Of a DNA stretch of 64,000 bases, positions 19,777-27,794 are shown piece by piece. The translations under genes and the position numbers were made by a program. The stretch comes from an uncultured bacterium (GTDB lineage: Bacteria > Fidelibacterota > Marinisomatia > SCGC-AAA003-L08 > JACNLC01), in assembly GCA_964409335.1 (NCBI GenBank), contig CAYPCW010000002.1:26637-90636 (forward strand), read 5' to 3'. Position 1 is the stretch's first letter; each line of letters opens with the position of its first letter. Under the pieces are notes generated by a model that saw only the letters and a program-made list of their open reading frames with translations, did no database searches and was not told the DNA's origin.

Positions 19777-22700
19777 AGGGACAGGGGTCGTTTTTACCTA
19801 TTTTTTCTTCAACATGCACCGGCTGGACCCGCTGGTGTCGCGTGGGCATGGTACCGGTGGAATGTTGTCCGCCCTGCATAGCTCCGACAGGAACCACTCC
19901 CCCTGCGTCGTCATGTTTATATTGCACATTGACCGCTTGGGGAATCAGAGAAGGTTGTCTTTGCTGGGCTGACCGTATCTGAACTCTGAATATTCTACGC
20001 AATGTTTCACGGTTGGTGTCTTCCATCACATCGGTGAACATGCTGTAACCTTCGGATTTATACTCGATCAACGGATTTTTCTGTCCGTATGCCCGAAGAT
20101 TGATGCCTTCACGAAGTTGATCCATACCGTGAAGGTGTTCCATCCATTTTTCATCGATGGTCTTCAGGATCACAAATTTTTCAAAATCTTCAAATTTATC
20201 CGGATCGACCAATTCTTTCTTTGCAGAAAGTATGGCATTGGAAGCATTCCGGATCATATCCTTCAACTCATCGATTTTGGTGATACCCATTTCATGAGAT
20301 TGGATATTCAGGGAAAATGTAGACAGTAACTCCTGGTTGAGCCCTTCCCAGTCCCATGAGCCGGGGCTATCGGGTTTCGGGCAATAGGCAGCGGTCGCAT
20401 TCTCCAGGTATTCATCCAGGATCTCGTTCAAAAGTTCACCGACATTTTCACCCATCAATGCATAATTACGCCGGTCATAGACAATCTCCCGCTGATTGTT
20501 CATCACATCATCGTATTCCAGAAGGTGTTTCCGGATGCTGTAATTGTGACCTTCAACCTTTTTTTGAGCACGTTCAATAGATTTACTTACCATTGAGTGA
20601 GTAATCACTTCGCCTTCTTCGATTCCGAGACGGTCCATGATCTTTGCCACCCGGTCTGATCCAAACAGGCGCATTAAATCATCTTCTAAGCTGAGATAAA
20701 AAACGGATTCACCCGGATCTCCCTGCCGCCCGGATCGCCCCCGTAACTGAAGATCAATTCGACGGGATTCTGCCCGGCTGGTGCCCAGAATAAACATACC
20801 GCCGAGGCTGCGGGTAGTGTCCGTCAGTTTGATATCCGTTCCCCTGCCTGCCATATTTGTGGCGATGGTGACGGCGGATCGCTGCCCGGCAAGCTGTACA
20901 ACCTCTGCTTCGCGCCGGTGCTGTTTCGCATTCAGAACATTGTGAGGTATTTTGATCCGCCGAAGCATTCTGGACAGGGTTTCTGATTCTTCAACGGAAG
21001 TCGTACCCACTAAAACCGGTTGACCCTTACGGGACAGCTCCTCAATTTTAGTCACTGCGGAATTGTATTTTTCCCGCTTTGTTCTGAAAATCTGATCCTC
21101 GTTGTCCTTTCGGATGATTGCCACATTGGTAGGGATCTCCACCACATCGAGTTTGTAGATATCCATAAATTCTGAGGCTTCAGTCACGGCGGTCCCGGTC
21201 ATCCCGGCCAGTTTTTCGTACATCCTGAAATAATTTTGGATCGTGATAGTTGCCATCGTTTGGGTTTCTTTTTCCACCTTCACATCTTCTTTGGCTTCTA
21301 ATGCCTGATGAAGACCGTCGCTATACCGCCGGCCATGAAGAACCCGCCCCGTGTGCTCGTCGACGATGAGAACCTTCCCCTCCTGTACGATATAATCTAC
21401 ATCTTTTTCAAACAGAGTGTAGGCTTTCAACAGTTGGTTGATGGCATGAATTCTATCGCTTCGACTGGCGTGAAGCGCCTGGGCTTCGTCCTTTTTTTGA
21501 ATTTTTTCCGCTTCGGATAATTCCGGATCAACATCAATGTCATGCAGCATCTCCGGCAGGTCAGGGATAATAAAATCTTCAGGGTTAGATGGTGAAAGTG
21601 TATTTCTGCCCATCTCGGTCAGGTCAATGACATTTGATTTTTCGTCCACGCTGAAATACAATTGTTCGTCTACCTCATTCAACTTTTTATCCCGGATGAA
21701 TTCGCTCTCAACCGATCGGACAAGCTGCTTTGTCCCCTGTCGCTGGAACAACTTCATCAGTCGTTTATTTTTGGGGATTCCCCGGTTGGCAGTGAGGAGG
21801 TTAATCCCCGCTTCCTTTTCTTTTTCGCTAAGACCCATTCTGGAAGATTCATCTTCGCCGATACTGTCCAGAATTTGTTCCCCGGCAGCGACCAGTTCAT
21901 TGACCAAATATGACTGTTTTCTCACCAGGTTTTCAACCAGGGATTTATGCTCCTGATATTGACGGTTCATGGGGGCATTCACCTGCCCGGATATAATCAG
22001 GGGTACGCGGGCTTCATCGATCAGAACCGAGTCGACTTCATCGACGATTGCATACACATGTCCCCGTTGCACCTGGTCTTCCCGCGAAATTGCCATATTA
22101 TCCCGAAGATAGTCGAAACCGAACTCCTGATTCGTTCCGTAGGTGATATCCCGGTTATACATCTCACGTCGTTGCTGAGAGTTCATCTGATTGAGTATAC
22201 AACCAACGGTAAGTCCGAGAAATTGATAGAGATGTCCCATCCATTGACTGTCACGTTCCGCAAGGTAATCATTGACAGTAATTATATGTATGCCTCTGTC
22301 GGTGAGTGCATTGAGAACAATGGGTAAGGTGGCAACCAGCGTTTTTCCTTCACCGGTTTTCATTTCGGTGATTTTCCCCTGATGCAGAACAATCCCACCC
22401 ATCAACTGAACATCGTAATGGACCATTTCCCAGGCGATCTCCTGCCCCATGACTTTAAACAGAGAACCGGATAACCGGCGGGCTGCATCTTTAATGATCG
22501 CAAACACTTCTGGCACATACTCATTCAGAGCATTTTGTTCGGCCTTATAAATAAAATCATCCAGATCGGTTCGGGTTAAACCATCGGTTTTACCCTGTTT
22601 TCGGGCGCTGATCCGTTGAGCGTCAACATCCTTCTTCACCGACATTAATTTATCCCTCAGCGCCTCATCTGACAATGATACGAGATCGGAATAAAATCGG

Positions 22701-22792
22701 TTGATCTCATCAACGATCGGAATCAGCGTTTTGAGATCTTTGTCGGACTTTTTACCGAAAATACGGGTTACAATATTAGTTATTACAGACAT
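19730..22792 (-). CDS. secA: preprotein translocase ATPase SecA
   Basis: 1020 aa with DEAD-like motor motifs (MKTGEGKTLVA, DEVDSVLIDEAR) and the C-terminal zinc finger CPCGSGKKYKKCHG. Confidence 0.97.
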   Translation of the reverse strand: MSVITNIVTRIFGKKSDKDLKTLIPIVDEINRFYSDLVSLSDEALRDKLMSVKKDVDAQRISARKQGKTDGLTRTDLDDFIYKAEQNALNEYVPEVFAIIKDAARRLSGSLFKVMGQEIAWEMVHYDVQLMGGIVLHQGKITEMKTGEGKTLVATLPIVLNALTDRGIHIITVNDYLAERDSQWMGHLYQFLGLTVGCILNQMNSQQRREMYNRDITYGTNQEFGFDYLRDNMAISREDQVQRGHVYAIVDEVDSVLIDEARVPLIISGQVNAPMNRQYQEHKSLVENLVRKQSYLVNELVAAGEQILDSIGEDESSRMGLSEKEKEAGINLLTANRGIPKNKRLMKLFQRQGTKQLVRSVESEFIRDKKLNEVDEQLYFSVDEKSNVIDLTEMGRNTLSPSNPEDFIIPDLPEMLHDIDVDPELSEAEKIQKKDEAQALHASRSDRIHAINQLLKAYTLFEKDVDYIVQEGKVLIVDEHTGRVLHGRRYSDGLHQALEAKEDVKVEKETQTMATITIQNYFRMYEKLAGMTGTAVTEASEFMDIYKLDVVEIPTNVAIIRKDNEDQIFRTKREKYNSAVTKIEELSRKGQPVLVGTTSVEESETLSRMLRRIKIPHNVLNAKQHRREAEVVQLAGQRSAVTIATNMAGRGTDIKLTDTTRSLGGMFILGTSRAESRRIDLQLRGRSGRQGDPGESVFYLSLEDDLMRLFGSDRVAKIMDRLGIEEGEVITHSMVSKSIERAQKKVEGHNYSIRKHLLEYDDVMNNQREIVYDRRNYALMGENVGELLNEILDEYLENATAAYCPKPDSPGSWDWEGLNQELLSTFSLNIQSHEMGITKIDELKDMIRNASNAILSAKKELVDPDKFEDFEKFVILKTIDEKWMEHLHGMDQLREGINLRAYGQKNPLIEYKSEGYSMFTDVMEDTNRETLRRIFRVQIRSAQQRQPSLIPQAVNVQYKHDDAGGVVPVGAMQGGQHSTGTMPTRHQRVQPVHVEEKIGKNDPCPCGSGKKYKKCHGRIT

Positions 22793-22983
22793 GTTTACTC
22801 ATCATTTTCAAGTGAAATCTATATGAAACGGAAAGCCAAAGTTACCACTAATTCACGGATCGGACGGTGGAAAATTCCACGGGTAATCCACAGATCCCGG
22901 CCTGTTTTCATGATCTCACTATGAACGGATATTCGGTTTTCAAGTGCTATGAAATATGGCTGATAACCGTTAAATTAAATACA

Positions 22984-24387
22984 ATGTATGCGCTGCAAAT
23001 CATAGATGACGATGCGAATGTTCTCCATGCGCTCTCGGAGTTCTTTGAGCAAGAAGGCTACGAAGTATTCAAATATAAAAATGGCGAAGAAGCTCTGTCT
23101 GCCATCAATACGGATCTCCCTAACGTCGTATTATTAGATTTGAAACTCCCCGGCATGGACGGATTTTCGATCCTTCATAGAATTAAACAATCCCACCCCG
23201 AAATAGAAGTCATTATCATCACCGGAAACGTGGATGTCATGTCCGGTGTGAAAGCGATGAAGCTTGGTGCAATTGATTATGTGACCAAACCATTCAATCT
23301 TGATGAGGTGAGTGTATTGGTCGGGAAGGCTATATCAGCCCAAAAGCAGTATGAACAACTCGTGTATCTCCAAAAAGAAAAAAAACTAATTTCAGGTGAG
23401 ATCATCGGTACCAGTGATGCCATGCAGAAAGTATTTAAATTTATCGATCAGGTTGCCGAATCCCCCAGAACTTCCGTATTGATTCACGGTGAAACGGGAA
23501 CCGGCAAAGAACTGGTTGTCAAAGCGATTCATTATAACAGTTCACGAGCCGACAAACCTTTCATTGAGATCAATTGTTCTGCATTTCAAAGTACACTTCT
23601 GGAATCAGAATTATTCGGGTATGAGCCGGGTGCATTTACCGGAGCAAAAAATCGAAAGAAAGGTCTGCTCGAACTGGCGGATGGCGGTTCCTTCTTCCTG
23701 GACGAAATCGGGGAAATGGATCTGGGACTGCAGGTGAAATTGCTAAAGGTGATTGAGGAACAATCTTTCCGGCGGATTGGCGGCACAAAGCAGATTAAAA
23801 TCGATACCCGGATATTAAGCGCCACTTCCAGAGACCTGGTAAAGGAGGTGGAAGAGAACCGGTTTCGCAAAGACCTTTTCTACCGGTTAAATGTGGCGTC
23901 CATTAAACTACCGCCGCTTCGGGAGCGAGGCGAGGATATTCTGCTATTGGCAGAACATTTCATTCGTCAGTATAACCGGGAGTTCAAACGCAATATCGGA
24001 GGGTTGGACCATCTGGCGATGGAACAGTTCAAAAGGTATTCATGGCCGGGTAATGTAAGAGAACTGAGAAATGTGATCGAGCGTGCAATGCTGTTTGAAA
24101 AAGGCACAATGATCCGCCCGGACAGCATTAATATTGCTGCCGCATCCGTTAAAGATCATAATCCCGCCCCATTCGAAAATAATAAAGATGATCTTGAGAG
24201 CTTATATTTGAAATTAGACATTTCAAAAGAGCGCTATACGTTAATGGATTTTGAAAAACAGCTCTTTCTTAAAGTATTGGAACTAACAAAAGGGAATCAA
24301 TCCAAAGCCGCCGGAATTCTGGGAATCTCCCGGCAGCGGATGTCCTACAGAGTGAAAGTGCTCGGTATCTCGCCGGATATTAATTAA
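22984..24387 (+). CDS. sigma-54-dependent response regulator (NtrC-family enhancer-binding protein)
   Basis: The REC domain is intact (IDDD, LLDLKLPGMDG, IIITG, VTKP). The AAA+ domain has GETGTGKE and the sigma-54 contact loop GAFTGA. A Fis-type HTH lies at the C-terminus. Start trimmed from 22867 to MYALQIIDDD at 22984. Confidence 0.9.
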   Translation: MYALQIIDDDANVLHALSEFFEQEGYEVFKYKNGEEALSAINTDLPNVVLLDLKLPGMDGFSILHRIKQSHPEIEVIIITGNVDVMSGVKAMKLGAIDYVTKPFNLDEVSVLVGKAISAQKQYEQLVYLQKEKKLISGEIIGTSDAMQKVFKFIDQVAESPRTSVLIHGETGTGKELVVKAIHYNSSRADKPFIEINCSAFQSTLLESELFGYEPGAFTGAKNRKKGLLELADGGSFFLDEIGEMDLGLQVKLLKVIEEQSFRRIGGTKQIKIDTRILSATSRDLVKEVEENRFRKDLFYRLNVASIKLPPLRERGEDILLLAEHFIRQYNREFKRNIGGLDHLAMEQFKRYSWPGNVRELRNVIERAMLFEKGTMIRPDSINIAAASVKDHNPAPFENNKDDLESLYLKLDISKERYTLMDFEKQLFLKVLELTKGNQSKAAGILGISRQRMSYRVKVLGISPDIN

Positions 24388-24414
24388 TTCAACTACCCTT
24401 ATTTAATCAGCCAT

Positions 24415-25143
24415 ATGATTTTAAAACAAAACGTTCATTCCGATGACCCGCCCTGGTCTTTTCAGCAAAAAGAATTAGATTTTATTGACCGGATTTTGAC
24501 CTATTCTACGATGGCATTTTGTCGTGAAACTTCACACACGATGAATAATTTATTGACATCCCTGACCATTTATATTTCAATGTTAAAGAACAATCTGAAC
24601 AAAGGGAATATTGATAAAGCGTATAACGGTATTGAGGCTATCGAAAAATCGCTGAATAATATCACTGAATTCACCACTAAACTCTCCCGGAAAGCAAATT
24701 ATACGCAGAACGTTATATCGGTAAAGCCAAATTCGGAAGTCAGGGATGCGTTGACATTATGCAGCATTCTCTTCAAAGAATCCCGATGGTCGCTCATTAC
24801 CGAGTTTTGTGAAATGGATTCGAAATTGCAGACCGATTCATCCATTATACAGATGGCTCTGGTCACCTGGTTTTCCATGAATCTGAAAATCTATAATTTC
24901 CCTTCGATGATCGTCCAGACCATGTGGGAACCCGAGGGACAGCAATACGCCATATCCTGTACAGTCACGGCGAAGAAAGAAGATAGCGCATCGGCGATTA
25001 TTTATCGTGAATCCGGGGAAAGAGCGGGTGAGATCCCCTTAATTACCATGAAACGGATCATCCATTCAAACTTTAAATTTGCCGATCTTAAAATCATCCG
25101 GTCTGAGGGAAACGATTTTATACTTACCCTGTCGCCCGTGTAA
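24415..25143 (+). CDS. histidine-kinase-like protein with H-box but no recognisable ATP-binding boxes (pseudo-kinase or phosphotransfer protein candidate)
   Basis: 242 aa. SHTMNNLLTSL (His41, nt 24535-24537) parallels the H-box AHDFNNLLQVV of the hybrid kinase at 27795. The C-terminus ends kinase-like (GNDFILTLSPV). I found no DxGxG (G1) or GxGxG (G2) motif anywhere in the protein. Confidence 0.45.
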   Translation: MILKQNVHSDDPPWSFQQKELDFIDRILTYSTMAFCRETSHTMNNLLTSLTIYISMLKNNLNKGNIDKAYNGIEAIEKSLNNITEFTTKLSRKANYTQNVISVKPNSEVRDALTLCSILFKESRWSLITEFCEMDSKLQTDSSIIQMALVTWFSMNLKIYNFPSMIVQTMWEPEGQQYAISCTVTAKKEDSASAIIYRESGERAGEIPLITMKRIIHSNFKFADLKIIRSEGNDFILTLSPV

Positions 25144-25218
25144 ATCTTTCCGGTTCCCGGTATCCTCATTGCGATGATCCTGTCCAGCGCATCGAATATT
25201 TAATACACGCCGCCCTCA

Positions 25219-25260
25219 TTGACGACAACGAAATTGTCAAAATATTTTGACACGTGTCAA
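25219..25260. promoter_or_regulatory. cluster of overlapping dyad symmetries on TTGAC/GTCAA half-sites (candidate enhancer/UAS)
   Basis: A perfect 18-bp palindrome TGTCAAAATATTTTGACA lies at 25235-25252. A perfect 14-bp palindrome TTGACACGTGTCAA lies at 25247-25260. A TTGAC-N12-GTCAA dyad lies at 25219-25240. The cluster is about 170-200 nt upstream of the -24/-12-like elements. Confidence 0.4.
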
Positions 25261-25429
25261 TAATTTTTGATGCAAACCAAACGATCACCCCCTGATGTGC
25301 TCATCAATACCATGAGGATTTGGTTAAATTTCAATAAAAATAAAATAATTGTAAAATCCTCATAATTTCAATAATATCAACTATTAAACGTGAAGTTGGT
25401 GAAGGGGATAAAAATTTAATCAGGTCTTT

Positions 25430-25475
25430 TGGTAATGATCCTGCCAATCTTTCTCATTTTGGTACGGTAATTGAA
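25430..25475 (+). promoter_or_regulatory. two tandem sigma-54 (-24/-12)-like promoter candidates
   Basis: TGGTAATGATCCTGCC (25430-25445) has the correct GG-N10-GC spacing. TGGTACGGTAATTGAA (25460-25475) matches TGGcACGr-N3-TTG but has A in place of the -12 C. These are the best GG-N10-GC candidates I found by eye in an intergenic region. They lie about 130-170 nt upstream of the 25604 ATG, which has an AGGAG ribosome-binding site. Confidence 0.3.
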
Positions 25476-25603
25476 ATTAGTACGTTACCCGTTTCAAATC
25501 TGAGGGTTTTTACCGGGGGATATGTAGAATTATGCTATTTATTATTGCAATGGTAGCCCTATCATATTAACTATAATGAAAATTCAAAAAAAGAGGAGAA
25601 GAA

Positions 25604-26170
25604 ATGAATTTTAGTGCATTAAGTAAACACGTAGCAGGCAGCTTATTTATTTTATTGTTGTTGTTTGGTTGCAGCGAAAATCCGATTTTGGGTGTACCCT
25701 CACAGCCTGCAGGGATTCCGACGGATCAAATGTCATTTGTTCAGTGGACGCCTGAAATGGTGTCTTTGCTTCAATCGACAGCCCGTCAGGGTCTCGCCAG
25801 CCATATTATTCTCCCCGGTGTGGGTGGTACCGTCGGCGGGAATCAGACTTATGGAAATAGTGTATACATTCCCGGAGACGCCATCTCGGAAGCAACCGAA
25901 TTTTCAGTAGAAGTCCTGTGTGTTGATAGTCACCAGCAGTGCGGCGCCGGTGTGGAATTTCTGCCCGGAACCGATTTTGAAGCCCCGGTTCAAATCACCC
26001 TCTCTTTCGAATACCTGAATCTCAGCGATCAGCAGATTGAAGATCTTTACATCTATTTTAGCCAGGACGGTAATTTCTGGTACCCGATTGACGGATTTGA
26101 AATAAATGATGAGAATGAAACCATTTCATTCTGGATAGATCATTTTACAGTATATGCATGGGAATTTTAA
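25604..26170 (+). CDS. lipoprotein of unknown function
   Basis: 188 aa with a lipobox signal, LLLLFGCSENP. An AGGAG ribosome-binding site precedes the ATG. I recognise no family. Confidence 0.6.
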   Translation: MNFSALSKHVAGSLFILLLLFGCSENPILGVPSQPAGIPTDQMSFVQWTPEMVSLLQSTARQGLASHIILPGVGGTVGGNQTYGNSVYIPGDAISEATEFSVEVLCVDSHQQCGAGVEFLPGTDFEAPVQITLSFEYLNLSDQQIEDLYIYFSQDGNFWYPIDGFEINDENETISFWIDHFTVYAWEF

Positions 26171-26179
26171 GAACGGTGT

Positions 26180-27451
26180 ATGGGAGATATCATGACCAAT
26201 AACAATACACAACTCCAATCTTTCCTCGCGGAAGTTCTGGACAGGGCAGCGTCGGTCTGCAGCGATGAGTTCCTGAAATACTTCAGGTTTATACAGCAGG
26301 AAAGGGAACGTCTGTTAGACAGCGTCTGGCACGAAATCCCCGCCGGGGAACAGACGCCGGATATGAAGCAGTTTGTCTTTAAAGAAATTGATTTTGATTC
26401 CATCGTTACCCATTCTAAAAGTTACATTACAAATGCTGAGGATTATTTCAGACTGGTCTTCGATATCGCCGTCATCGCCATCAACTACGGATACTTTGTA
26501 AAAGCGGCGCTGCTTCTGAACCGAATTGTTAAAAATAACCAAAAAGGTATTGATGAGCGGTTAAAAGCCAATTCTTACAAAAAACTGGGTAAAATTCACT
26601 TTTATAAGAACAACTTTATTTTAGCAGAAGAATCTATAGAACAAAGTCTAAATTACTTTTCTATTTTAAAAGATACATTGGAAATTGCCAGGAATAAAAA
26701 CTCTTTGGGCATCATCCGTGTCGAGAAGAACCTTCCTGTTGAAGGCAAACTTTTGTTTTTGGAAGCCCAAAAACTTTCAGGTGACTTTAATGACGCTCAG
26801 TTAACCATGAAAATACTGATCAATCTGGGTATTGTCAGCCATCGCCTGGGTGAACTGGGTGAAGCCATGGAATACTTTCAGGATGCCCTGAAGCTGGTGA
26901 ACGGGGACGCAAATAAGGCACAGCGCGCCAGTGTCCTGCACAATATTGGCGTCGTGTATAAATCGAAAGAAGAATACGGGAAAGCCAGCGCATACTTCAT
27001 GAAATCGATTTCATTGTGTAAGGAAACGTATAATGTTTACCAAAAAGGTCTTTCATATCTCGAATATGCTCATGTAACGGCACATATGCGCGATCTGCCA
27101 AAGGCGATGGCATTGGCGACAACCGCGTTCCCGATATTTTCTGAACTGGGTGCAAAAATGCATATCGCAGAAGTGTATAAACTATATGGAATGATCAACC
27201 GGATGGGAGGCAAATACGACATCGCGCTTTCTTACCTTGAGAACAGTAAGCGGATCAATCATGAGTACAACAATCACTTTAACCTGGGTGAGACGTATTT
27301 TGAAATGGGTGAATATTACCGGGCAACGGGAGATAAAAAGCAATCGCTGGAAAATTATCAGGAGTCCATAAAGCAATTTCAATTTATCCAGGCCAATAAA
27401 AAAGCAGCTGATGTTGAATATGTTATGAACAGGCTGCCGTTGTCGAATTAG
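26180..27451 (+). CDS. tetratricopeptide-repeat (TPR) protein, cytoplasmic
   Basis: 423 aa. About 120 aa of unassigned N-terminal region is followed by repeated 34-aa TPR-like units (A/Y/L periodicity, for example ALEYFQDALKL and GKASAYFMKSISL). An alternative start lies at 26192. Confidence 0.7.
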   Translation: MGDIMTNNNTQLQSFLAEVLDRAASVCSDEFLKYFRFIQQERERLLDSVWHEIPAGEQTPDMKQFVFKEIDFDSIVTHSKSYITNAEDYFRLVFDIAVIAINYGYFVKAALLLNRIVKNNQKGIDERLKANSYKKLGKIHFYKNNFILAEESIEQSLNYFSILKDTLEIARNKNSLGIIRVEKNLPVEGKLLFLEAQKLSGDFNDAQLTMKILINLGIVSHRLGELGEAMEYFQDALKLVNGDANKAQRASVLHNIGVVYKSKEEYGKASAYFMKSISLCKETYNVYQKGLSYLEYAHVTAHMRDLPKAMALATTAFPIFSELGAKMHIAEVYKLYGMINRMGGKYDIALSYLENSKRINHEYNNHFNLGETYFEMGEYYRATGDKKQSLENYQESIKQFQFIQANKKAADVEYVMNRLPLSN

Positions 27452-27560
27452 ATGACCTCGCCATGGCTTTCAAATAAATTATTAATTTAAGTCCGCCGTA
27501 CAGATCAATAATTGGTTCGTGTTATGGAGAGATCAATGATTGGTTAGTGTGGTTTATCGT

Positions 27561-27602
27561 AGCAGAAAGCGGCATCGGATTGACGTCGCTTTCTGCTTTT
27601 TT
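27561..27602 (+). terminator. rho-independent terminator after the TPR gene
   Basis: An 11-bp perfect stem, AGCAGAAAGCG (27561-27571) with CGCTTTCTGCT (27587-27597), is followed by a T-run to 27602. Confidence 0.7.
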
Positions 27603-27794
27603 ATCCTGTTTTCAGGTCATTGTAAAATCTCATTTTCAGAATGATCCCGCCACCCGTTAACCGGGATTGCACCATCGGGGGAATTGTTGAGATAGAAGGG
27701 TCGTGATTCAATCAAAATAACGGTTACAGATTATGATAAAAAATGTTTAATTTGAAAATTATAGATTAAGATTATTTTACAGTTCTACTGAAAC

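Noticed and set aside
22867-22983. 5' extensions of several track ORFs (22867, 4175, 17659, 45636, 51809, 57564, 59577, 60311, 37802, 32895, 42101)
   Set aside because: Internal starts give normal family N-termini, signal peptides or Shine-Dalgarno spacing, or stop-start coupling (TAATG, ATGA, GTGA). The extensions add non-conserved residues or overlap upstream genes.
25247-25275. Reading TTGACA at 25247 as the -35 box of an ordinary sigma-70 promoter rather than part of an enhancer
   Set aside because: This is not fully rejected. At 16-18 nt spacing I found no convincing -10 hexamer (ATGCAA, TCAATA). The site is part of stacked perfect palindromes next to a sigma-54 activator gene. It is kept as the alternative hypothesis in the finding.
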